The position numbers and the translations under genes were made by a program. Shown in pieces: positions 15,797-25,392 of a DNA stretch of 26,401 nucleotides (position 1 is the first letter of the stretch; each line of letters begins with the position of its first letter). Under the pieces are notes generated by a model that saw only the letters and a program-made list of their open reading frames with translations, was not told the origin of the DNA and ran no database searches. Origin of the DNA: Candidatus Margulisiibacteriota bacterium (GTDB taxonomy: Bacteria > Margulisbacteria > WOR-1 > O2-12-FULL-45-9); the NCBI GenBank assembly GCA_043816785.1, contig JBDRHP010000002.1, positions 1 through 26,401 of the forward strand, given 5' to 3'.

Positions 15797-17448
15797 AATC
15801 TGACAGAGTAAAAAAAGGTCTGGAAAGGGTCCCGAACCGCGCCCTGCTCTACGCCACTGGCGTGACCAAAGGCGGCATGAAAAAACCTTTTATCGGCATT
15901 GCTAATTCATATACCAACTTAGTCCCTGGCCACGTTGATATGCGGCCCTTGGCCGAAGCGATCACCCACGGTATCTTTGCCGGCGGCGGCCAGGCTTTTG
16001 AATTTGGCCTGCCGGCTATCTGTGATGGTATTGCCATGGGGCATTTGGGTATGCATTATTCTCTTCCTTCCAGGGAATTAATTGCTGACTGCGTGGAATC
16101 AGTTGCTCAAGCTCATGCCTTAGACGGTCTGGTTCTTCTAACTGCCTGTGACAAGATCACGCCTGGCATGTTGATGGCTGCGGGACGATTAGACATCCCA
16201 ACTATCGTGGTAACTGCTGGCCCAATGTATTCCGGCCGCCACAACATGATCAGAAGATCGTTAGTCCGGGATACTTTCGAAGCTCTGGCTTCTCATCGCT
16301 CAGGAAAGATAACTGCCCAGGAATTAGAGTGTCTGGAAATGGAATCCTGCCCTGGCGCTGGCGCTTGTCAGGGGCTGTATACTGCCAACACCATGGCCTG
16401 CCTGACTGAAGCCATGGGGCTTTCTCTGCCCGGTTGCGGCACAGCTTTGGCTGTTTCCGCTAAAAAGAAAAGGCTTGCCTTTGAATCAGGTGAAAAAGCT
16501 GTTGAATTAATAAAAAGAAATGTAACTGCCAGAAAGATCCTTAATGCCAACGCTATTTACAATGCCATAGTAATGGATAACGCCCTGGGCGGTTCAACCA
16601 ACACAGTGCTGCACATCCCGGCGATCGCTCATGCTGCTGGGGTGGATATCAAACTGGATTTATTTGACGAAGTCAGCAAGAAAACTCCGCACATTACCAA
16701 CCTGCGACCAGGCGGCGAATTCTTTATGGAAGATTTTGACTGGGCCGGCGGGGTCCAGGCTGCGCTTCACGTCTTGAAAAACAGGATCAAGGCCAACCCA
16801 TCTGTGAGCGGCAAAAACATTAAGGCTTTGGCAGCCGCAGGCAAGATCATTGACCATGACGTGATCAGGCCGTTAAACAAGCCCTTTCATAAAGAAGGCG
16901 GCATGGCTATTTTAAAAGGCAACCTGGCGCCTAACGGCTGCGTGGTCAAGCAAAGTGCTGTTTCCCCAAAATGCATGAAGTTCAAGGGCAAAGCAGTTGT
17001 GTTTGAATCAGAAGAAGCCGCGATGAAGGCGATCATGGCCAGGAAAATAAGGTCTGGCATGGTAATTGTTGTGCGCTACGAAGGACCAAAAGGCGGGCCA
17101 GGCATGAGAGAAATGTTATCCCCCACTGCAGCTATCGCTGGCATGGGATTAGGCGAATCTGTTGCCTTAATTACTGACGGCAGATTCTCTGGCGGAACTC
17201 GCGGCGCTTGTATCGGTCACATTTCCCCAGAAGCTGCTGAAGGCGGGCCGATCGCGATCATTAAGGACGGCGACATTATTGAGATCGACATTCACAAGAG
17301 AAAAATAGATCTGAAGTTAAGCCGCGATCAAATTAATTTGCGGCTGGCGCAGTGGCGGCCCAGAAAACCCAAGATCAGCACCGGCTGGCTGGCACGATAT
17401 CAAAAATTAGTATCTTCAGCTAATACCGGAGCAATATTAAGGGATTAA
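15793..17448 (+). CDS. ilvD: Dihydroxy-acid dehydratase
   Basis: [68 protein letters not shown] before 15793. Confidence 0.97.
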   Translation: MKSDRVKKGLERVPNRALLYATGVTKGGMKKPFIGIANSYTNLVPGHVDMRPLAEAITHGIFAGGGQAFEFGLPAICDGIAMGHLGMHYSLPSRELIADCVESVAQAHALDGLVLLTACDKITPGMLMAAGRLDIPTIVVTAGPMYSGRHNMIRRSLVRDTFEALASHRSGKITAQELECLEMESCPGAGACQGLYTANTMACLTEAMGLSLPGCGTALAVSAKKKRLAFESGEKAVELIKRNVTARKILNANAIYNAIVMDNALGGSTNTVLHIPAIAHAAGVDIKLDLFDEVSKKTPHITNLRPGGEFFMEDFDWAGGVQAALHVLKNRIKANPSVSGKNIKALAAAGKIIDHDVIRPLNKPFHKEGGMAILKGNLAPNGCVVKQSAVSPKCMKFKGKAVVFESEEAAMKAIMARKIRSGMVIVVRYEGPKGGPGMREMLSPTAAIAGMGLGESVALITDGRFSGGTRGACIGHISPEAAEGGPIAIIKDGDIIEIDIHKRKIDLKLSRDQINLRLAQWRPRKPKISTGWLARYQKLVSSANTGAILRD

Positions 17449-17466
17449 CTGCCAGCCGGAAGAAAC

Positions 17467-17489
17467 TTTTGCCTGCCGGCGGGCTTTTT
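17467..17489 (+). terminator. Possible terminator or palindrome after ilvD
   Basis: GCCTGCCGGCGGGC followed by TTTTT, between convergent genes. Confidence 0.4.
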
Positions 17490-18954
17490 AGCCCTTCTTC
17501 CTTCTTGAAAAAATATTTTCTGAAAAATATAGTTTGTCCAAAAGCGGCAGTATTTCTGTACGGTCATAACTTATCTCAGTTAAAATATTTTCAAGCTCAT
17601 CAACCGTGATCTTTCCGTCCCAAACCAGTTGGCGAAAAGCTTTCCAATCATCCAGCTGTCGCCAAAATAGCTGCCAGCGCTCACCTGCCGGCTTAAAGCC
17701 AATAAATCTCGTGGCAAAGGGCCTGGCTCCCGTCTTGTAACTTTCCGGGCTCAGCCAAAAATCAATCCACTTAAATCGGCCGCCATATTCGCGACTCAAG
17801 GACGAAATTTCTCCCAATGGGAAGCGCAGAGGAAGAGGAAGAATCAATAATTCCCCCAAGATTTTCCGGCGCGCCTCACTCTGCACAAACCCGTCCGGGT
17901 GTCTCATGTGATAAGCCCGCCAGGTAGCAGGAAATGTTTTGCCATTTGCGGTTGAGAACAAATATCTTTGTAAGGCGGCTGTCATTTTGGCCCTTTCCCG
18001 CGGGCTGGGCAAAGCGTTATTTAGTTGTCTGATCCAGTCTTGCCTTGACCAATCTGAGATTGCTTCTGGAAAAACTGCGGGATATTCGCGCGCCATCGCT
18101 GTCAACTCTTTAATTAATTCATCTGGCCCTAATTCATCTTTAAAGATCAATTGCTTTAAAGCATGAAAATCATCAAGTTGCGCCCAAAAAATTCTCCAGT
18201 CTCCGGTTGGCCCCCTAAAAGTGACAAGCCTGAAAGCAAAAGGGGGGGCTCCCCTGTCTTTTTCTGCAACTGTTCTCCAGAACCTCACTACCTTGAACCT
18301 GCCACGCTCGGCTGTTGCTGAAAATAGCTCGTGGGTGTCAAAATCATCCGGCACTTCAATACAGGCGTTGTTTCCTTTCAGCCTTTTGGCCGCGACATGG
18401 CGAAGTTTGGGGCCCGGTCTTTGAATAACCCTCCAGCCGATCTCAAAGGTCTCACCGCCAGCGTCTCTGAAACAAAAATCCACATAATCACCCGTGGCCA
18501 ACATTCGGCCCACCTCAATTCTTTTATCAGCCATCGCCGGCAAAGCCCCTGGGTCTATGGTCTGCGCCAGAGTCATTAGCTGCCTGGACCTGGACAAAAC
18601 TTCAAAATTTGGTTTAAGGCACCATTGCGCCCCGTCTGCGCTGCGCTCTAAAACTGCAACCTTGATATTGCACCTGTTATAATTAAGAAGATCCTCCTCC
18701 CGTTCCCAGCCGTAAAGGATTTTATTATTGCCTTCTTCTCGAATCGCCAAATAAAGCCCAGAACAAGTGGTGGAATAAAATACCGCCTGTCCCAATAAGC
18801 GGAACTGGCCAGCACGAGTTACATTTCTTTGTGTTACTAAAACCCGGTTTGGTTGATTAGAAAAACAAAAACCCCTTAGCTCCTGGTTATTTTTTTGGTT
18901 TACCCAGATCGCCGACCTGTCTGTTGCTATGCGGTGTGGCGCGGGTATCCTCAT
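17488..18954 (-). CDS. Hypothetical protein (488 aa) with an internally duplicated ~68-aa module
   Basis: Long ORF; aa 218-285 and 392-459 align (GRFK...FW......GA.PFA.R...F......W..FW.QLDD..A..QL). Confidence 0.85.
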   Translation of the reverse strand: MRIPAPHRIATDRSAIWVNQKNNQELRGFCFSNQPNRVLVTQRNVTRAGQFRLLGQAVFYSTTCSGLYLAIREEGNNKILYGWEREEDLLNYNRCNIKVAVLERSADGAQWCLKPNFEVLSRSRQLMTLAQTIDPGALPAMADKRIEVGRMLATGDYVDFCFRDAGGETFEIGWRVIQRPGPKLRHVAAKRLKGNNACIEVPDDFDTHELFSATAERGRFKVVRFWRTVAEKDRGAPPFAFRLVTFRGPTGDWRIFWAQLDDFHALKQLIFKDELGPDELIKELTAMAREYPAVFPEAISDWSRQDWIRQLNNALPSPRERAKMTAALQRYLFSTANGKTFPATWRAYHMRHPDGFVQSEARRKILGELLILPLPLRFPLGEISSLSREYGGRFKWIDFWLSPESYKTGARPFATRFIGFKPAGERWQLFWRQLDDWKAFRQLVWDGKITVDELENILTEISYDRTEILPLLDKLYFSENIFSRRKKG

Positions 18955-18976
18955 TTAGCCTTACCCCCCTGTCATT

Positions 18977-19003
18977 TTATCCTTGTCTTTAAGCAATAAT
19001 TTC
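18977..19003 (-). promoter_or_regulatory. Sigma-28-like promoter upstream of the 488-aa gene
   Basis: GAAATTAT-N11-AAGGATAA, with the same spacing as 2054-2080. Confidence 0.45.
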
Positions 19004-19008
19004 ACTCT

Positions 19009-19037
19009 TTGACTCACCCCTGATAATCTGTTAAAAT
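19009..19037 (+). promoter_or_regulatory. Sigma-70 promoter for ilvB (near-leaderless)
   Basis: TTGACT-N17-TAAAAT with extended TG, 8 nt before the ATG and no SD. Confidence 0.75.
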
Positions 19038-19045
19038 ATCGCCCT

Positions 19046-20722
19046 ATGGAACTCACCGGCGCGCAAGCCTTAATCGAATCCCTTAAAAAAGAAGGCGTGG
19101 AGCTGATTTTTGGCTACCCTGGCGGTACTGTCCTGCCTATTTACGATGTTCTTTACAAAGAAAAAGCCATCAAACACATCTTGACCCGCCACGAACAGGG
19201 CGCCACTCACGCGGCTGACGGCTATGCCAGGTCTACCGGCAAGGTAGGCGTGTGCCTCGCTACCTCAGGCCCTGGCGCGACCAACACGATCACGGGCATT
19301 GCCACTGCTTTTATGGATTCGGTTCCCTTAGTTGTTATCACCGGCCAGGTGGCCACTAATTTGATCGGCCGTGACTCGTTCCAGGAAGCTGATGTGACCG
19401 GCATTACCCAGCCGATCACCAAACACAACTATCTGGTCAAAAGAGCCGAAGATATCCCGACCGTGGTCAAAGAAGCTTTTCATATTGCCCGGACCGGACG
19501 CCCAGGGCCAGTGGTAATTGATATTGCCAAGGACGCACAAGTCAAAAAGATCAAATTCAAATATCCAGACAAGGTAAACCTGCCTGGTTATAAACCAACA
19601 CTAAAAGGCCATCCCAGACAGATCAAAGCAGCGGCTAAAATGATCAGCATTGCCAAGAAGCCGGTAATCTACGCTGGCGGCGGTGTGATCTCAGCTGGAG
19701 GCGCAAAAGAGCTGAAAGACTTTGCTGAAAAATTAAACATTCCTGTTACCACCACCATGATGGGTCTGGGCGCTTTTCCAGAAGATCATAAATTAGCTTT
19801 GCGCATGCTGGGCATGCACGGCACGGCTTATGCCAATTATGCCATACAGGAATGTGACCTGCTGATCGCCGTAGGCGCGCGCTTTGATGACCGGGTAACC
19901 GGCCATTTGCCAACATTTGCGCCCAAGGCCAAACATATTCATATTGATATTGATCCGGCTGAGATCGGCAAGAACGTGAGAGTTGATGTGCCGATCGTCG
20001 GCGACGCTAAACAAACATTAAAAGATCTGACCGAAAAAGTTAAACCTGAAAATGGTAAGCACGATGCCTGGATCAAGCAGATCGATGAGTGGAAGGATAA
20101 GTACCCGTTGAAATATAAGAAAGATAAGCGCATTAAGCCGCAATATGTGGTGGAAATGATCCAGCAAGTGACCAAGGGCAAGGCCATTATCTGCACTGAG
20201 GTAGGCCAGCATCAAATGTGGGCAGCCCAGTATTCAAAACTTACTGTTCCCCGGACCTGGGTATCTTCCGGCGGCTTGGGCACCATGGGCTATGGTTTTC
20301 CCGCGGCCATTGGCGCGCAGTTCGGCAATCCGGACAAGATCGTGTTCGATATCGCTGGCGACGGCAGTATTCAGATGAATATGCAGGAAATGGCCACTGC
20401 CGTAATTCACAAATTGCCCATCAAGATTGCCGTGCTTAATAATTGTTTCTTAGGCATGGTCAGACAATGGCAAGAACTGCTTTATGATAAACGCTATTCT
20501 TCAACCAACCTGTGCAATAATCCTGACCTGTGCAAGATCGCTGAAGCTTACGGCGCGGCAGCCATCAGGGTGACTAAGCCGGATGAAGTTAAAAATGCCT
20601 TGGAAAAGGCCTTGAAAATAAAAGACCGTCCAGTGCTGATCGATTTTGCAGTAGCCAAGGAAGAGAACGTATTCCCGTTCGTGCCGCCAGGCCAGGCGCT
20701 GAACGAAATGTTGATAGATTAA
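19046..20722 (+). CDS. ilvB: Acetolactate synthase large subunit
   Basis: FGYPGG, RHEQGA.HAADGYAR, TSGPGATN, FQEAD, GMHG, SGGLGTMGYG, GDGS..MN, GMVRQWQ. Confidence 0.97.
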   Translation: MELTGAQALIESLKKEGVELIFGYPGGTVLPIYDVLYKEKAIKHILTRHEQGATHAADGYARSTGKVGVCLATSGPGATNTITGIATAFMDSVPLVVITGQVATNLIGRDSFQEADVTGITQPITKHNYLVKRAEDIPTVVKEAFHIARTGRPGPVVIDIAKDAQVKKIKFKYPDKVNLPGYKPTLKGHPRQIKAAAKMISIAKKPVIYAGGGVISAGGAKELKDFAEKLNIPVTTTMMGLGAFPEDHKLALRMLGMHGTAYANYAIQECDLLIAVGARFDDRVTGHLPTFAPKAKHIHIDIDPAEIGKNVRVDVPIVGDAKQTLKDLTEKVKPENGKHDAWIKQIDEWKDKYPLKYKKDKRIKPQYVVEMIQQVTKGKAIICTEVGQHQMWAAQYSKLTVPRTWVSSGGLGTMGYGFPAAIGAQFGNPDKIVFDIAGDGSIQMNMQEMATAVIHKLPIKIAVLNNCFLGMVRQWQELLYDKRYSSTNLCNNPDLCKIAEAYGAAAIRVTKPDEVKNALEKALKIKDRPVLIDFAVAKEENVFPFVPPGQALNEMLID

Positions 20723-20724
20723 TC

Positions 20725-21201
20725 ATGAAACATACGATATCAGTTATAGTAGAAAACAAACCAGGTGTCCTGCACCGGGTGTCAGGCTTGTTCTCTCGTC
20801 GGGGTTTTAACATTGAAAGCTTGGCAGTAGGCACGACCGAGAAGCCGGATGTTTCGCGCATAACCATTGTGGCTGAAGGCGATGACCAGACCCTGGAACA
20901 GATCATCAAACAATTGTACAAGCAGATCGATGTGTTAAAAGTGTTTGATTTGCCGGCTGATCAAGCAATTGAAAGAGAGCTGGCCTTGATCAAGGTTCAC
21001 GCAAATGATAAAACTCGTCAGGAAGTTACCCAGATCGTAGATATGTTCCAGGCCCGTGTTGTTGATGTGGCGGAAGACTCGCTAACGATCGAGGTTTCTG
21101 CGGAAAAAGATAAAGTGGAGAACATGCAGAAACTGCTGGAAAAGTTTGGGATCCAGGAATTGGTCAGGACGGGAAAGATCGCTTTGCAGCGGGGCGGGTA
21201 G
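20725..21201 (+). CDS. ilvN: Acetolactate synthase small subunit
   Basis: VENKPGVLHRVSGLFSRRGFNIESL, ERELALIKV, ELVRTG. Confidence 0.96.
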   Translation: MKHTISVIVENKPGVLHRVSGLFSRRGFNIESLAVGTTEKPDVSRITIVAEGDDQTLEQIIKQLYKQIDVLKVFDLPADQAIERELALIKVHANDKTRQEVTQIVDMFQARVVDVAEDSLTIEVSAEKDKVENMQKLLEKFGIQELVRTGKIALQRGG

Positions 21202-21538
21202 CTATCAGGTTCGCCTCTGTGCCTAGGATGTTTTTCATGATCACCTCCCCCACCTTGACCGGCTGAGTCAATTTTATCTTTTGAACTTCTGCCATTGCCT
21301 TAAGGACCTGGCTTTTGGGAATAGTCTTATCCGTCCGGACTGGCACCATTTTTAATTCCAAACCATCGCTCTGGACGGTTGAAGTTAAAACCCGCATCGG
21401 GTTCTCGATCTCCTGCTTGGCATAATCAGTCCCTTTGTCACATTTGTTGCCGGTGACCTTGACCACATAGCCATTTTCCACATCAACTTCCAGCTGGCAG
21501 CCTTGCGGACATTCGATACAGGTTATCTTCTTTTTCAC
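21164..21538 (-). CDS. DUF1667 / CxxC metal-binding protein of glycerol-3-phosphate dehydrogenase clusters
   Basis: TCIECPQGC, VTGNKCDKG..YA..EI.NP.RVLTSTV, PVRTDK.IPK. Confidence 0.88.
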   Translation of the reverse strand: MKKKITCIECPQGCQLEVDVENGYVVKVTGNKCDKGTDYAKQEIENPMRVLTSTVQSDGLELKMVPVRTDKTIPKSQVLKAMAEVQKIKLTQPVKVGEVIMKNILGTEANLIATRPAAKRSFPS

Positions 21539-22479
21539 ATCTGGCTCCTTAAATACTCCGCCGCCATCTTCCCGGCTTTAACGCTGTCGCGGGTGACCCA
21601 GTCAACCAGATCATAGACCTTGTAGGAATTACCGCAAACAAACACACCGGGAAGATCGATCTTGTTCACATCAGTTACCCCGGCCATCTCGATCAGCTCA
21701 TTTTCCGGGATCAGGCCAACAGAGATCAGCACTGTGTCGCAGCTTAGACCAAATCTGGTCTCCGGCTTTTCATTATAATTATCATCAACTTCAACAACTT
21801 CAACGCTTTCTACCCTGTCCTTTCCTTTGAGCGTCCTGATCTTGTGCTGAAAATAAAGCGGGATCTCAAAATCCTCCAGACATTGAACAACATTGCGGAT
21901 CAGTCCGCGACTCTCTTTCTGTATCTCAATAACTGCCTGGACTTTGGCGCCCTCTAATGTAAACCGGCGCGCCATGATCAAGCCAATATCACCTGAGCCA
22001 ACGATCACAACCTCTTTGCCCGGCAGCCAGCCCTCGATATTGATCATTTTCTGGGCCAAACCAGCTGGATAAATACCAGCCGGCCGCGCGCCGGGAATAT
22101 GGACCATCTCCCGGGTGCGCTCCCGGCAGCCAGTCGCCATGATCAACGCCTTTGCCTTGAGCTCGACCATTTCACCAGGCTTAAAATAGGTCAGCACCCT
22201 GTCCTTAGTCAATCTGACCACCATGGAACTTAAGCTGACCTCGATCTGCGGAAGATTCTCGATCTGCTTGATAAAGCGATCCGCGTATTCCGGGCCAGTC
22301 AGTTCTTCTTTAAAATGATGCAGACCAAAACCCTGGTGAATACACTGATTAAGAATGCCGCCCAAGTACTGGTCACGCTCCAGCAAAAGAATATCTTTTA
22401 CTCCTGCCTCATGAGCTGCCACAGCCGCGGCCATGCCAGCCGGCCCTCCGCCAACAATTACCAATTCTCTGCTTTCCAC
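21535..22479 (-). CDS. FAD/NAD(P)-dependent oxidoreductase (pyridine nucleotide-disulfide family), G3PDH cluster subunit
   Basis: IVGGGPAG, LGGILNQCIHQGFGL, ELTGPEY, ATGCRER, GSGDIGLIMARR.TLEG, VGLIPENE. Confidence 0.9.
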   Translation of the reverse strand: MESRELVIVGGGPAGMAAAVAAHEAGVKDILLLERDQYLGGILNQCIHQGFGLHHFKEELTGPEYADRFIKQIENLPQIEVSLSSMVVRLTKDRVLTYFKPGEMVELKAKALIMATGCRERTREMVHIPGARPAGIYPAGLAQKMINIEGWLPGKEVVIVGSGDIGLIMARRFTLEGAKVQAVIEIQKESRGLIRNVVQCLEDFEIPLYFQHKIRTLKGKDRVESVEVVEVDDNYNEKPETRFGLSCDTVLISVGLIPENELIEMAGVTDVNKIDLPGVFVCGNSYKVYDLVDWVTRDSVKAGKMAAEYLRSQM

Positions 22480-22496
22480 TTTCTACTCTCTACTTT
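22469..22496. repeat. Four heptamers spanning a stop/start junction
   Basis: Minus strand AAAGTAG AGAGTAG AAAGTGG AAAGCAG, containing the TAG stop and the GTG start. Confidence 0.7.
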
Positions 22497-23946
22497 CTTT
22501 TATTATTTCAGAGCCCTTTCCGCGCTTAGTTATCTTTGTTAAAGGGACATTAAGCTCCTCGGCCATGATCTTCATTACTCTGGTGGTGCAAAAGCCGCCG
22601 TGGCACCGGCCAGCTTGCGCCCTGGTCCTGAACTTGATGCCGTCCAGGGTCCTTGCCCCGCGCTTGACCGCGTCACGCACTTCCTTGGCCGAGATCAATT
22701 CACAACGGCAAACAATGTCGCCGTAAGCAGGATCTTTTTTGACCAATTTTTTTGTCTTAGAAAAAGGAACAGCAAAGAGATGAATCGTTGCTTTACGCTG
22801 TTTATAAAAGAACAGTTTTTTTCTCAGACGCAGGCCGTTCTTTTTGAGCAGATCAGCAACCAGCCGGGCGATCGCTGGACCGGCAGTTAAACCAGGCGAC
22901 TGGATGCCAGCAACCGTGATCAGGCCCGGGACCTTTGCCTCATGCCTGATAATAAAATCCTTGCCCGCGGCCGGCCTTAGTCCGGCAAAATAAGCAATAA
23001 TGTCTTTGGCGCTGATCGTTGGCACCATTTTTTGGATTGCGGCCAGTACGGTCTTGAGCCCCTGCTCAGTCGTGGTCAGGTCTTCTTTATCCTCAATGTC
23101 CTGGGCAGTCGGTCCGATCATGGGATTACCATCCGAGGTCTTGATCACCAGGATGCCCTTTGAAGTGGGTGTCGGCAGCGGGAAAATAATATGGTTAACA
23201 ATGTGCTCGCGCTTTTTATCCAGCAGGAACTCTTCGCCCTTGCGCGGTTTGATCACAAAATCTGTTATCCCGGCCATCCGGGCAACCTCATCAGCAAACA
23301 ATCCTGCTGCGTTGATAACATAACGGGCGAGGAATGTACGTTCGGAACCTGCGAATGAACTTCGCGGTTCCTCGCCGCTGGAAACCGAGACGTTCAGCCG
23401 CAGGTTTTTGCCATCTTTGGTAATGCTGGTCACTTTATGCTCAAGAAATATCTCAACCCCATTCTTGGCCGCGTTCTCTGCCAGGTCATAGACCCAGCGG
23501 TAAGGGCTAATAATGCCGGCAGTCGGCGCATACAGCGCAGCTAGGGCGTCAGGATTTAGGTTTGGCTCATTTTCACGCAGCCACTGTCGATCAACGATTC
23601 GCAAGCCGCCAACCCCCAACGTTTCCGCATCTTGCTTGATCTTTTGCAGCTGAGCCATTTCCTCTTCTTTAAAGATAACGATCAGCTCGCCAACTTCTTC
23701 AAAGTGCACTCCTAGTTCTTTGGCCAGCTTTCTGGTGAGCTTATTTCCCTGCACACACAGCTTGCCTTTTAAGGAATCAGGCGGGTTTTGCGTGCCTGGG
23801 TGGATAATACCGGAATTTGATTTGGAAACACCAAAAGCCAGTTCAGCTTCTTTTTCGAGGAGCGCGATCTTTAGGTGATAGCGGGACAGTTCGCGGCTGA
23901 TCGCGGCACCAGTGACTCCGCCGCCAATTATCAGAACGTCGTACAT
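22483..23946 (-). CDS. FAD-dependent glycerol-3-phosphate dehydrogenase-like protein (GlpA/LhgO family) with a C-terminal BFD-like [2Fe-2S] domain
   Basis: IIGGGVTG, SKSNSGIIH, VINAAGLFAD, KGILV, IQSPGLT, IVCRCE...RTRAQAGRCHGGFC; adjacent to glpK. Confidence 0.9.
   Translation of the reverse strand: MYDVLIIGGGVTGAAISRELSRYHLKIALLEKEAELAFGVSKSNSGIIHPGTQNPPDSLKGKLCVQGNKLTRKLAKELGVHFEEVGELIVIFKEEEMAQLQKIKQDAETLGVGGLRIVDRQWLRENEPNLNPDALAALYAPTAGIISPYRWVYDLAENAAKNGVEIFLEHKVTSITKDGKNLRLNVSVSSGEEPRSSFAGSERTFLARYVINAAGLFADEVARMAGITDFVIKPRKGEEFLLDKKREHIVNHIIFPLPTPTSKGILVIKTSDGNPMIGPTAQDIEDKEDLTTTEQGLKTVLAAIQKMVPTISAKDIIAYFAGLRPAAGKDFIIRHEAKVPGLITVAGIQSPGLTAGPAIARLVADLLKKNGLRLRKKLFFYKQRKATIHLFAVPFSKTKKLVKKDPAYGDIVCRCELISAKEVRDAVKRGARTLDGIKFRTRAQAGRCHGGFCTTRVMKIMAEELNVPLTKITKRGKGSEIIKESRE
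23326..23395. repeat. Structured palindromic segment in-frame within the G3PDH gene
   Basis: GGAACC(T)GCGAA-TGAAC-TTCGCGGTTCC plus outer GGCGAGGAA/TTCCTCGCC; encodes an apparent insertion SSGEEPRSSFAGSERT. Confidence 0.7.
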
Positions 23947-25391
23947 GCTTGTATTGCTTTTTTCCAGCCCTGGAATAAGGCTGTGGCATGAGCCACTTTC
24001 ATTTTTGGGCTAAAGGCCCGGTCCTTGCCCCATAAGCGCGCGATCTCATTGGTGTGTTTCCAGTAACCAACAGCCAGGCCTGCCAGATAAGCCGCGCCAA
24101 GAGAGGTGATCTCAATGATCCTGGGCCGGATCACCTGCCTGCCCAGGATGTCCGCCTGGAACTGGCAAAGAAAATCATTGGCCACTGCCCCGCCATCCAC
24201 TTTCAAGTTTTTGACCTTTAAGCCAGCATCCTTTTCCATGGCATCAAGCACGTCTTTGGTCGAATAACACATTGCCTCAAGCGCGGCGCGAACAAGATGA
24301 GCTTTGCTCACTCCACGGGTCAAGCCGACAATTGTTCCTCTGGCGTTTTGGTCCCAGTAAGGAGCTCCCAACCCGACAAAAGCCGGCACAAAGTAAACGC
24401 CATGGTTGTCCTTAACAGAGAGCGCCATTTTTTCTGAATCAATTGATCTTTGAAGAAGCCCCAGCTGGTCGCGCAGCCATTGGATCGCTGCGCCGGCAAT
24501 AAAGATCGACCCTTCCAGGGCATAGGCCGGCTGGCCCTGGGCGTCACACGCCAGAGTAGTGATCAAGCCATGTTTGGAATTGATCCGTTTTTTGCCGGTA
24601 TTCAAGAGCACAAAACAGCCTGTGCCATACGTGTTCTTTGATGTTCCCGGAGCAAAACAGGTTTGGCCAAACAGCGCAGCCTGCTGGTCGCCGGCGATCC
24701 CGGCAATGGGGATGCCCGCAGGAAGCCTGCCAACTTTAACAGTCTGGCCAAAGCTACCGGAGGACGGCAAGACTTTTGGCAGGATCGCTTCCGGGATCTT
24801 AAAAATTTTCAGCATATCCTTGTCCCATTTCTTTTTTCCAATATTAAAAAGCATAGTGCGCGAGGCATTGGTAAAATCAGTCGCGTGGCTTTTTCCGCCG
24901 GTCAATTTCCATAAGATCCAACTGTCCGTCGTGCCAAAGCAGAGATCATCTTTTCTTTTAACCTTCTTCAGCAGCCACTCGATCTTGGTGCCGGAAAAAT
25001 AGGCGTCAATGGGCAAGCCGGTCCGCTGGCGGATAAAGTTTGCCAGCCCTTTACGCTTTAATTCTTCACATCGTGCTGCGGTGCGGCGGCATTGCCAGAC
25101 GATCGCGTTATAGATCGGCTTACCGGTCTTTTTATCCCAGACCACGGTCGTTTCCCTTTGGTTAGTGATGCCGATCGCAGCAATAGAAGCAGGAGAAACC
25201 TTTTGCAATACTTTTTGAATTGTTGAGAAAACGCTTTGCCAGATCTCTTCCGGATCATGCTCAACCCAGCCGGGTCTGGGAAAATACTGGGGGAACTCCT
25301 GGTAAGCGCTGGCAATTTTCCTGCCTTTTTTGTCGTATACAATCGCCCGGCTGCCAGTTGTCCCCTGATCGATCGCCAAAATGTATTTCAT
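23931..25391 (-). CDS. glpK: Glycerol kinase
   Basis: AIDQGTTGSR, GWVEHDP, GITNQRETT, AIVWQCRRT, YFSGTK, GDQQAALFGQ, KNTYGTGCF, PAFVGLGAPYWD. Confidence 0.97.
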   Translation of the reverse strand: MKYILAIDQGTTGSRAIVYDKKGRKIASAYQEFPQYFPRPGWVEHDPEEIWQSVFSTIQKVLQKVSPASIAAIGITNQRETTVVWDKKTGKPIYNAIVWQCRRTAARCEELKRKGLANFIRQRTGLPIDAYFSGTKIEWLLKKVKRKDDLCFGTTDSWILWKLTGGKSHATDFTNASRTMLFNIGKKKWDKDMLKIFKIPEAILPKVLPSSGSFGQTVKVGRLPAGIPIAGIAGDQQAALFGQTCFAPGTSKNTYGTGCFVLLNTGKKRINSKHGLITTLACDAQGQPAYALEGSIFIAGAAIQWLRDQLGLLQRSIDSEKMALSVKDNHGVYFVPAFVGLGAPYWDQNARGTIVGLTRGVSKAHLVRAALEAMCYSTKDVLDAMEKDAGLKVKNLKVDGGAVANDFLCQFQADILGRQVIRPRIIEITSLGAAYLAGLAVGYWKHTNEIARLWGKDRAFSPKMKVAHATALFQGWKKAIQACTTF

Positions 25392-25392
25392 G

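Noticed and set aside
18961..18975. Tiny ORF ATG ACA GGG GGG TAA upstream of the 488-aa gene
   Set aside because: Only four codons and too close to the putative -10 to be transcribed in full; more likely just the SD region.
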